From IMG/VR virus record IMGVR_UViG_2541047790_000011: a DNA stretch of 22,955 bases. One strand, given 5' to 3'. This stretch comes from a virus. Its lineage: Duplodnaviria > Heunggongvirae > Uroviricota > Caudoviricetes. Under the pieces are notes generated by a model. That model worked only from the letters and a program-made list of their open reading frames with translations. It ran no database searches and was not told where the DNA came from. Of this stretch, positions 1-7,164 are shown piece after piece (the first letter of the stretch is position 1; the number at the start of each line of letters is the position of its first letter). The position numbers and the translations under genes were made by a program.

Positions 1-1239
1 ATGAGCAGGGCAATTCATAGACTTAGCGACACTCTTTTACGAAAATTAAGCGGATCACCAACCACAAAAAGCACCTTTTTTAATGATGGTGGCAATCTTA
101 GCGTAAGGCATTCAATCAATGGCCTGTTAACCTGGTATTTCACTTACAGGGCCGGAACTGGTAGGCAGATATCACCGGAACGTCTGAGGCTGGGCAATTA
201 TCCCGATCTGAGCCTGAAAGCTGCCAGGGAAAAAGCGGCACAGTGTCGCGCCTGGCTGGCTGAGGGGAAAAATCCGCGCTATGAACTTAATCATGCTGTA
301 CAGGACGCGTTAGCCCCCGTGACGGTTAAGGAAGCGCTCACTTACTGGCTTGAATCGTACGCAAAGGAAAAGCGCACTGACTACGAATCACTGAAAAGCC
401 GGATCAATAAACACATAATTAGCCAGATTGGCGCTATGCCACTGGAAAAATGCGAGCTACGCCACTGGCTGGCCTGTTTTGACCAGCTTGCTAAGCGTAA
501 TCCGGTATCAGCCGGATTTTTGCTACAGGTATGCAAACAGGCGCTTAAGTACTGCCGAAAACGACGATACGCAATCAGCAACGTTCTTGATGATATGGTC
601 GTAGGTGATGTGGGGAAAAAAGCAGAAATAAGTGAGCGTGTACTGACAAACAAAGAGCTTGGAGAACTACTCCGCGCACTGGATGAAAAAATCTTCCCGC
701 CGTACTACAGCGCCCTAATTCGCCTCCTGATTGTTTTTGGATGCCGTACCACTGAGCTAAGGCGCTCTGAGGTGCAGGAGTGGGATTTTAAGGAAATGCT
801 CTGGACAGTACCGAAGGAGCACAGCAAAACGAAGGTCGCCATATTCAGACCAATACCGGAAAGCATTCTGCCGTTCGTCACGCAGCTGGTGGAGAAGAAC
901 AGGCACACGGGCTTATTGCTTGGAGAACTGAAAGGGCAATCATCCGTAGCAGAGTACGGAAGAACAGCGCACAGACGAATTAATCAAGCCCCCTGGACGT
1001 TACACGATATCCGGCACACATTTACAACCATGCTGAACGATTTAGGCGTGGATCCGCATATTGTCGAGCAGCTTACAGCCCACCAGATGCCAGGGATGCA
1101 ACGCGTCTATAACCACTCCCGTTATCTTGATGCAAAACGTGATGCTCTTAATCTATGGGTAGACCGTCTCGAGCTTCTCCAGAACAATGATGAAAAAGTC
1201 GTTGTTATGACCCCACGAATTTACACCCAAAATTCTTGA
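1..1239 (+). CDS. int: Tyrosine recombinase / integrase, P4 family
   Basis: 412-aa ORF. The N-terminus 'LLTWYFTYRAG...RLRLGNYPDLSLKAAREKA' matches the arm-binding domain pattern of P4-type integrases. Catalytic-core motifs are present: 'FGCRTTEL' (Arg), 'HDIRHTF' (His-x-x-Arg) and 'YNHSRY' (Tyr region). The ORF begins at window base 1. Confidence 0.93.
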   Translation: MSRAIHRLSDTLLRKLSGSPTTKSTFFNDGGNLSVRHSINGLLTWYFTYRAGTGRQISPERLRLGNYPDLSLKAAREKAAQCRAWLAEGKNPRYELNHAVQDALAPVTVKEALTYWLESYAKEKRTDYESLKSRINKHIISQIGAMPLEKCELRHWLACFDQLAKRNPVSAGFLLQVCKQALKYCRKRRYAISNVLDDMVVGDVGKKAEISERVLTNKELGELLRALDEKIFPPYYSALIRLLIVFGCRTTELRRSEVQEWDFKEMLWTVPKEHSKTKVAIFRPIPESILPFVTQLVEKNRHTGLLLGELKGQSSVAEYGRTAHRRINQAPWTLHDIRHTFTTMLNDLGVDPHIVEQLTAHQMPGMQRVYNHSRYLDAKRDALNLWVDRLELLQNNDEKVVVMTPRIYTQNS

Positions 1240-1648
1240 CAAATTACGGCTGTTTTTTCTTTAAGAGATTACAGCCGTGAATAAAACGCTAAATATCGGT
1301 CAAGTTCGTTAATTTTTTATTTTTCAACCATCGAAAAAATTGAAATGCACCCTACTAAACCCTTATTAGCTATTTCTTGATTGTTCCAATACCTGATGGT
1401 TTATCTGTTTGTTTTTAATGAGATAATTCAAGCGTAATGCCAAATGACGACATTTTTTGTTGCGTCGCTTAAAAACTCGTGACACGATTTTAAACACTAA
1501 CGAGCTTCTACGAACCTTAGCGAACAAAGCCTTTAGCAAGGTTGTGTTTTTAATTTAAGAGGTGAAAAAGAATCTAAGTAATATCCGATCTCATATATCT
1601 ACAGCTAAGAGAAAAGTTTATATACGTAATTTTTATGTAGGTTTTTGT

Positions 1649-1858
1649 ATGCGTGAAATAAATGAAGATCGCGTAATCCGTGAGGATGAATGTCGTAAGT
1701 TAACTGGAGTGTGTCGCACTACACGCTACGAACTGGAGAAAAAAGGATGCTTTCCGTCACGTCTTAATCTGGGCGGTCGTTCTGTTGGTTGGCTGCTGTC
1801 CGAGGTTATGGAATGGGTTAAAAGCCGGGATCGCATTAATTCAGGTAAGGCAGCGTAA
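1649..1858 (+). CDS. alpA: AlpA-family helix-turn-helix regulator / excisionase-like protein
   Basis: 69 aa from ATG 1649; the ORF-track GTG at 1562 is an unlikely start. 'RVIREDECRKLTGVCRTTRYELEKKGCFPSRLNLGGRSVGWLLSEVMEWV' is the typical AlpA/MerR-like HTH pattern. It sits immediately after int, as in P4-like islands and PICIs. Confidence 0.85.
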   Translation: MREINEDRVIREDECRKLTGVCRTTRYELEKKGCFPSRLNLGGRSVGWLLSEVMEWVKSRDRINSGKAA

Positions 1859-1970
1859 AGGGGGAGTATATGGCACATAAAACAAAGGCGACCGGGGGCG
1901 GTCGCCAATGGGAAAACACTAAACATAAGCACGGGGATGATAGCCGCTATCAGGCTGGTGGGCAATGCAA

Positions 1971-2159
1971 TCAGTCTGGTTCAGTTCGTTGCCATACCTG
2001 CAATGAGCGCTTTTCCCTGTACTCTTTAAGGAATTGCTCAAGGGCAAAAGCACATGACGCGAATCTTTCTGATTCATGCTCTATCTTTCTGCGCCGTCTT
2101 TTCCGTGCCGGTGATAATGTTTTGGTCAATTCTTTATCGGTCATTGTGTTGTCCTGCAT
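1971..2159 (-). CDS. Hypothetical small basic protein (62 aa), second gene of the leftward RHH operon
   Basis: ORF downstream of, and co-oriented with, the RHH gene. It has an Arg/Lys-rich centre 'ARKRRRRKIEHE'. No recognisable family. Confidence 0.4.
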   Translation of the reverse strand: MQDNTMTDKELTKTLSPARKRRRRKIEHESERFASCAFALEQFLKEYREKRSLQVWQRTEPD

Positions 2160-2201
2160 AGCAATGCGCCGTAATACCTTACACCACGGCGCTGGTGATG
2201 G

Positions 2202-2381
2202 TTACTCCTGCTCTTTGGCTTTGCGGCGCTGGCGGCGTTTGATCTCGCCTTTTGCGGCAGTAACTAAAAAACCAGCGGTACTTTCGCCAGGTTCTTTAAG
2301 TTGCTCAATATCATCCATTACTTCATGTGGGATTCTGACAGTTGTCATTTGTGATTTTGCGTTCTTTGCACCAGTTGCCAT
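2202..2381 (-). CDS. Ribbon-helix-helix (CopG/Arc-like) DNA-binding protein, candidate island repressor
   Basis: 59 aa from ATG 2381, preceded by TAGGAG with a 7-nt spacer. 'MTTVRIPHEVMDDIEQLKEPGESTAGFLVTAA' fits the beta-strand/helix/helix RHH pattern. The 115-aa ORF-track version is an upstream over-extension. Confidence 0.65.
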   Translation of the reverse strand: MATGAKNAKSQMTTVRIPHEVMDDIEQLKEPGESTAGFLVTAAKGEIKRRQRRKAKEQE

Positions 2382-2447
2382 TTCTGGATCTCCTAAAAAT
2401 TGGTGTATGTCAGTATACGCAAAAAAAATGATAAAAAAAGGCTTGAA

Positions 2448-2493
2448 GTGTATTTCACCAGTGAGTAAATTAAAAAGCAAAGGTGAAATACAC
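2448..2493. promoter_or_regulatory. 12-bp perfect inverted repeat (GTGTATTTCACC ... GGTGAAATACAC, 22-bp spacer) in the divergent control region
   Basis: Read directly. It lies in the 390-bp non-coding gap between the leftward RHH operon and the rightward replication operon, so it is a candidate operator. Confidence 0.45.
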
Positions 2494-2770
2494 CTGAAAG
2501 AGCAACGCCCCGCAGTGCTCGCAACACATGCAGGGCGTCTAACCACCAACGATAGAAAGAGTATCGAGGTAGCTATGAGAAATCATACCACACACCCGCA
2601 AGGGCGGGACTCGCACAACCTGAATAAATATATCTGGCGTTTTATCGCCCTGAGCACGGCACAACCGCGCGTAATCCACATTGAGGCCACCAGAGAACAG
2701 GAAGCCCGTCAGCAATCCCCGGCTGGCTGCGTGATGGTATTCGCCGCCCGTATTCGTCAGGGGGTGAGTC

Positions 2771-2998
2771 ATGCATAAAATACCCTTTGATGTTCTTGTT
2801 CATTCTGAAAACGCATTAATCCGCGCAAAGGAAATGGACGCATTACTACTTAAGTTAATTGATGTGCCGGAAAGTGGCGAAGATCATTCATCATTAATGT
2901 TTGCCGCTGTTCAGACATTATTGACACCTGTTATTGATGAACTCAATAAGGCTATGGCAATTCACGAGAATAATAAAGCGCCCCACACCGGAGAATAA
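2771..2998 (+). CDS. Hypothetical protein (75 aa), first gene of the rightward replication operon
   Basis: ORF with an ATG start, tightly followed by the next two genes. No family recognised. Confidence 0.6.
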   Translation: MHKIPFDVLVHSENALIRAKEMDALLLKLIDVPESGEDHSSLMFAAVQTLLTPVIDELNKAMAIHENNKAPHTGE

Positions 2999-3003
2999 AA
3001 ATA

Positions 3004-3303
3004 ATGAAACTTAAATATTCTGGCTTAACTGCCAGTGGCAAAACTCGCACTAAATTCATGCGCGGTGATATTTACCGCGACCAGTACGGCGGCACGGTAA
3101 TGATTAAGGGCGTGGAGGAACGGCGCGTAACCTACCGTCGTGAAGGCTACGAATATGATTGCGTGATGCCTGTTTATCAGTTCGATCGTGATTTTTCTCT
3201 GGTGCAGGCCGTACCGCGTAACGTGCCCACCAGCAGGGAGAAAGCACGCGCCAATATTCAGGAAATAAAAAAGATGCTTAACGTATTCAGGGGTAAAAAA
3301 TGA
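3004..3303 (+). CDS. Hypothetical protein (99 aa)
   Basis: The ORF's stop overlaps the primase start (ATGA at 3300-3303), indicating translational coupling. Confidence 0.6.
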   Translation: MKLKYSGLTASGKTRTKFMRGDIYRDQYGGTVMIKGVEERRVTYRREGYEYDCVMPVYQFDRDFSLVQAVPRNVPTSREKARANIQEIKKMLNVFRGKK

Positions 3304-5048
3304 AACTGGCACCGAACGTAAAAAAACAGCCACGCGGAATAAAACACAAAGACACAGAGGTAATTATTTTCGCGGGTAGTGATGCCTGGTCGCACGCGAA
3401 ACAATGGCAGGAGCAGGATGGCCCCGCATCCGGCGATAATGTGCCGCCTGTGTGGCTTGGGCCAAATCAGCTTGCCGAACTTGATGCACTGAAAATTGTT
3501 CCGGATGGAAAAAAACGCGTAAGGCTGTACCAGGCCGGAGAACTGGATTTGGTGGAGACCAAAAAGATTGGTCAGAAGCTGGCGGCGGCAGATATTCAGG
3601 ACGCAAATTTTTACCCCGAAGGAATGCACGTCCAGAAGTGTGAAAACTGGCGGCGCTATCTGAATGCTGAGCGTGAAAATATTGCCGCAGGGCTTACCAT
3701 GCCGGAGCAGAAAAATACGCAACTGGCACAAATGGCAGACAGTGAGCGCGCACAGATGCTTGCTGGTCGATTTGATGGCGTTTGTGTGCATCCGGAAAGT
3801 GAAATCGTTCACGTATGGCGCGGCGGGGTATGGTGTCCGGTCAGCACAATGGAACTTAGCCGCGAAATGGTGGCGATCTATTCAGAGCACAGGGCCACTT
3901 TCAGCAAGCGCGTAATCAATAACGCCGTGGAAGCGTTAAAAGTTATTGCCGAACCAATGGGCGAGCCGTCCGGTGATTTGCTGCCGTTTGCCAATGGTGC
4001 GCTTGACCTGAGAACAGGGGAATTTTCCTCTCACCAGCCGGATAACTGGATCACCACACACAACGGCATTGAGTACACGCCGCCAGTACCAGGTGAGAAT
4101 ATCCGCGACAACGCGCCAAACTTTCATAAATGGCTTGATCACGCTGCCGGAAAAGACCCGGGCAAGATGATGCGCATATGTGCCGCGCTATACATGATTA
4201 TGGCGAACCGGTACGACTGGCAGATGTTTATTGAGGCCACCGGAGACGGCGGGAGCGGCAAGAGCACTTTCACGCACATAGCCAGCCTTCTGGCAGGGAA
4301 ACAGAACACCGTAAGCGCTGAGATGACATCACTCGATGATGCTGGTGGGCGTGCGCAGGTTGTCGGAAGTCGGCTTATTGTCCTGGCAGACCAGCCGAAA
4401 TATACAGGCGAAGGCACGGGCATCAAGAAAATCACGGGCGGCGACCCTGTGGAGATTAACCCGAAATATGAAAAGCGATTCACGACCATAATCAGGGCTG
4501 TGGTACTGGCGACCAACAACAACCCGATGATATTCACGGAACGGGCCGGAGGCGTGTCACGTCGTCGCGTGATTTTCCAGTTCGACAACATTGTAAGGGA
4601 GGACGAAAAAGACAAGGATTTGCCGGAGAAGGTCGCGGCTGAAATCCCCGTAATTATACGCCGCTTGCTGGCTAATTTTGCCGACCCTGAAAAGGCACGG
4701 GCTTTACTCCTGGAACAGCGCGACGGTGATGAAGCACTGGCGATAAAGCAACAGACGGATCCGGTTATTGAGTTTTGCCAGTTCCTGAATTTTCTGGAGG
4801 AAGCACGCGGCCTGATGATGGGTGGCGGTGGCGATTCCGTGAAGTACACGACCAGAAACAGCCTTTACCGCGTCTATCTGGCGTTTATGGCATACGCAGG
4901 AAGAAGCAAGCCGCTAAACGTGGCTGAGTTCAGCAAGGCCATGAAGCCAGCGGCAAAAGTTTACGGACATGAATATATTACGCGGAAAGTTAAGGGAGTA
5001 ACGCAGACCAACGCAATTACAACGGATGATTGTGACGCGTTTTTATAA
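3300..5048 (+). CDS. Primase/helicase replication initiator (P4-alpha / D5-like, pri-rep type)
   Basis: 582 aa. Walker A 'EATGDGGSGKSTF' and Walker B-like 'RLIVLADQP' are present. The layout matches the C-terminal domain of phage/plasmid primases. An iteron array follows immediately 3' of the gene. Confidence 0.88.
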   Translation: MKLAPNVKKQPRGIKHKDTEVIIFAGSDAWSHAKQWQEQDGPASGDNVPPVWLGPNQLAELDALKIVPDGKKRVRLYQAGELDLVETKKIGQKLAAADIQDANFYPEGMHVQKCENWRRYLNAERENIAAGLTMPEQKNTQLAQMADSERAQMLAGRFDGVCVHPESEIVHVWRGGVWCPVSTMELSREMVAIYSEHRATFSKRVINNAVEALKVIAEPMGEPSGDLLPFANGALDLRTGEFSSHQPDNWITTHNGIEYTPPVPGENIRDNAPNFHKWLDHAAGKDPGKMMRICAALYMIMANRYDWQMFIEATGDGGSGKSTFTHIASLLAGKQNTVSAEMTSLDDAGGRAQVVGSRLIVLADQPKYTGEGTGIKKITGGDPVEINPKYEKRFTTIIRAVVLATNNNPMIFTERAGGVSRRRVIFQFDNIVREDEKDKDLPEKVAAEIPVIIRRLLANFADPEKARALLLEQRDGDEALAIKQQTDPVIEFCQFLNFLEEARGLMMGGGGDSVKYTTRNSLYRVYLAFMAYAGRSKPLNVAEFSKAMKPAAKVYGHEYITRKVKGVTQTNAITTDDCDAFL

Positions 5049-5062
5049 TTTTTTGTAAAAGC

Positions 5063-5288
5063 CCTCTACCCCATCTACCTGAATGAAATAAACGCATATT
5101 ATTCAACATGATAAGTGGGTAGAGGGATAGGTAGAAGGCTAATAAAACCCCTCTACCTCCTCTACCATGATTAAGGTCGTTTGTGAGGGGCGGGTAGAGG
5201 ATGGGTAGAGGGCCACGAAAAGCCCTCTACCCATCTGAAAGCCGCGCCATTACTGACCTGAAAGATGATTAGGTAGAAGAGGTAGAGG
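5063..5288. repeat. Replication-origin iterons: 11 copies of an 8-mer GGTAGAGG/CCTCTACC (8 exact, 3 one-off variants) in both orientations, flanking an AT-rich stretch
   Basis: Exact copies at 5063, 5118, 5150, 5159, 5193, 5204, 5224 and 5281. Variants at 5072 (CATCTACC), 5130 and 5272 (GGTAGAAG). The AT-rich segment is about 5080-5115. The position just 3' of the initiator gene matches SaPI/PICI origins. Confidence 0.75.
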
Positions 5289-5335
5289 AGGTGCACCACA
5301 ACCTAAAACTTTTTAAACGAGGGGGGTAAAAATAA

Positions 5336-5650
5336 ATGTGCATACATCAAAATCACTTAACAAACATGCCGACCGAAAACATGAATCAGGGGCGACAAAT
5401 GACCAAAATGCGCAGAGACAGAACAGAACCGAAATATCGCGCGTTAGACATGACAGAGCACGCTTTAAAGGTGGCAATCAGAACGATAGACCGCCACGCG
5501 GGGGAAGGATACGCGAAAGCACATCCCGAACTGATAAGCGCATTCATGACCACGGCGGCGGCAAACTTTGCCACGCTGACAGAACGGGAGATTGCCGAAG
5601 CGGAACAGGTAACAACCATCAACGTTAAAACCGGAGAGGTGGAATTATGA
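5336..5650 (+). CDS. Hypothetical protein (104 aa)
   Basis: ORF preceded by the G-rich SD-like GAGGGGGG. Its stop overlaps the ssb start (ATGA at 5647). Several internal ATGs make the start uncertain. Confidence 0.55.
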   Translation: MCIHQNHLTNMPTENMNQGRQMTKMRRDRTEPKYRALDMTEHALKVAIRTIDRHAGEGYAKAHPELISAFMTTAAANFATLTEREIAEAEQVTTINVKTGEVEL

Positions 5651-6072
5651 CGGCACAGATAGCCGCTTACGGGCGGCTGGTGGACGACCCGCAGGTAAAA
5701 CAGACCAGCAAGGGCACACCGATGACGCTGGCGCGTATGGCGGTATCTTTGCCATGCAGCCAGGCACAGGACGGACAGGCGACGTTATGGTTATCGGTCA
5801 TCGCATTTGGCAAACAGGCCGACTTCCTGGCTAAACATCAAAAAGGCGATGTTGCCAGCGTATCCGGCACGATGCAGGTAAGCCAGTGGACCGGACAGAA
5901 CGGAGAAACGCGGCAGGGCTGGCAGGTTATCGCAGACAGCGTGATCAGTGCGCGAACAGCGCGACCGGGCGGCAAAAAAGGCCAGCAGGGGCAGGCCACT
6001 GACGCACTGAACAGGGCAAAACAGCAGACGGGTCAGCACGATGATCCGTACGGGGACAACATACCGTTTTAG
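5647..6072 (+). CDS. ssb: Single-stranded DNA-binding protein
   Basis: 141 aa. The N-terminal half is OB-fold-like ('GRLVDDPQVKQTSKGTPMTLARMAV...WLSVIAFGKQADFLAKHQKGDVASVSGTMQVSQW'). A Gly/Gln-rich linker leads to the acidic tip '...DDPYGDNIPF', comparable to the E. coli SSB tip DDDIPF. Confidence 0.88.
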   Translation: MTAQIAAYGRLVDDPQVKQTSKGTPMTLARMAVSLPCSQAQDGQATLWLSVIAFGKQADFLAKHQKGDVASVSGTMQVSQWTGQNGETRQGWQVIADSVISARTARPGGKKGQQGQATDALNRAKQQTGQHDDPYGDNIPF

Positions 6073-6094
6073 CGACAACAGAGGGGACATTCCA

Positions 6095-6337
6095 GTGACA
6101 TTTGAAGAAGTCCAGCAACATAAAAAGTTTCATGATTTTGATGATCTGGAAACCATGACAGCAAAAAAATATCGCCGTCTGCTTTCTTCCGATGCGTTGT
6201 TTGTTGTGGATCATCATGATTTTCTGCGTAGCTCACTGACCGGGGAAATTTTCGCAACCAACCGTGAGCAGGTGGAAGCGATGATCGAATATCTGTGGAA
6301 AATAAGGCGCAGAATGCGAGATCCCGTGAAACGGTAA
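6095..6337 (+). CDS. Hypothetical protein (80 aa from GTG 6095; alternative ATG at 6041 gives 98 aa)
   Basis: GTG 6095 follows GAGGGGA with a 7-nt spacer and starts just after the ssb stop. ATG 6041 would overlap ssb by 32 nt. Confidence 0.5.
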   Translation: MTFEEVQQHKKFHDFDDLETMTAKKYRRLLSSDALFVVDHHDFLRSSLTGEIFATNREQVEAMIEYLWKIRRRMRDPVKR

Positions 6338-6346
6338 AATAATAAA

Positions 6347-6373
6347 GGCCTGGTAAAATCCAGGCCATTTTTT
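6347..6373. terminator. Bidirectional intrinsic terminator between convergent genes
   Basis: Stem GGCCTGG (6347-6353) pairs with CCAGGCC (6360-6366), with loop TAAAAT. A T-run lies at 6368-6373 on the plus strand. The minus strand reads T-rich after the stem. Confidence 0.7.
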
Positions 6374-6878
6374 ACAGTAAGCCTATTAGGGCACTTGCGC
6401 CAGCCCCAACAATGCTGGCAACGGTACTGTTTTCCAGTAACTGCTTTAATACTGATTTGGCTTGTACATCCCCCGATTTAGCGACTTTTTCAACCAGTTC
6501 AGTGATGCTGATGTTTACCAGCATATGGTTATGCTCACCTATCTGCACTTGATCACCACTAATTGAACCAATGTTAAATGTATTACTTTTAGTTGGCGTC
6601 ATATGTTCATTTCCCGTGATATTTTCAATATAGAGAGTCAACATATTTGGATGATTGGTTCCCTGTCTGCGGGTTCCATTGGGAAGCAACTTCATATCTA
6701 TAATTTTTAGATTTATCTCGTTTTTACCGACACGCTGGATAATGTGTTGACCAATAGTTACTTCCGGTTCATTTGTATATGGAATTAATACCTTGTTTTC
6801 TTTTGCGTTTCTTTTACCTCTGAATGATTCGCCATTAATTATGAAAGTATCAGGGTATACCATTGCGCTTAAATTCAT
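6372..6878 (-). CDS. Hypothetical 168-aa protein with a C-terminal hydrophobic tail; opposite-strand, AT-rich cargo gene of the island
   Basis: Clean ORF with AAAGGA upstream of the ATG. It ends in 'STVASIVGAGASALIGLL', a predicted C-terminal membrane anchor. It is the only large minus-strand gene between the replication and head modules. It is visibly AT-richer than its neighbours (by eye, not computed). Confidence 0.75.
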   Translation of the reverse strand: MNLSAMVYPDTFIINGESFRGKRNAKENKVLIPYTNEPEVTIGQHIIQRVGKNEINLKIIDMKLLPNGTRRQGTNHPNMLTLYIENITGNEHMTPTKSNTFNIGSISGDQVQIGEHNHMLVNISITELVEKVAKSGDVQAKSVLKQLLENSTVASIVGAGASALIGLL

Positions 6879-6944
6879 GATGCGTCCTTTGTTGTAGTCA
6901 GAGACAGCAATAATAGGCCATGGTTTACTTCTTTTGTAAATTAT

Positions 6945-6971
6945 TTGTTCGTGTTCTTTCGTGGTTGTTCG
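6945..6971 (+). promoter_or_regulatory. Three 10-bp-phased direct repeats TTGTTCG / TCTTTCG / TTGTTCG upstream of the head operon
   Basis: Copies start at 6945, 6955 (2 mismatches) and 6965. The same 7-mer occurs three times in the same 10-bp phasing at 14177-14203. Confidence 0.4.
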
Positions 6972-7164
6972 GTCTGACTGACAGGTGTTTACATACTGAT
7001 TTTTATGTATATGTTGTAGCGTGGCACTCAGACGTGAGCCGCCACAATGCCGCCTGACCCCCTGCGCGATGCCGGGTTGATCTGCGAGATGCCGAGAGTG
7101 TCGGGCGGCGCTCCCCCCGTGTTGGTTTCACGTCCTGAATCTTAACCAATACGAGAAAACCTTC

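Noticed and set aside
1246-1278. Inverted repeat ACGGCTGT...ACAGCCGT after int as a terminator
   Set aside because: It has an 8-bp stem, but the loop is 17 nt and there is no clear T-tract after the stem, so the evidence is too weak.
1870-2778. 302-aa plus-strand ORF spanning the int-distal control region
   Set aside because: It is antisense to two better-supported small genes; the RHH gene has a strong SD. It also runs through the non-coding divergent promoter region. The translation is Cys/Ser/Arg-rich and low-complexity, with no recognisable domain.
4139-4849. 236-aa minus-strand ORF inside the primase/helicase gene
   Set aside because: It is a shadow ORF antisense to a gene with clear Walker motifs. 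Its composition is Ser/Arg/Pro-rich, typical of antisense frames.
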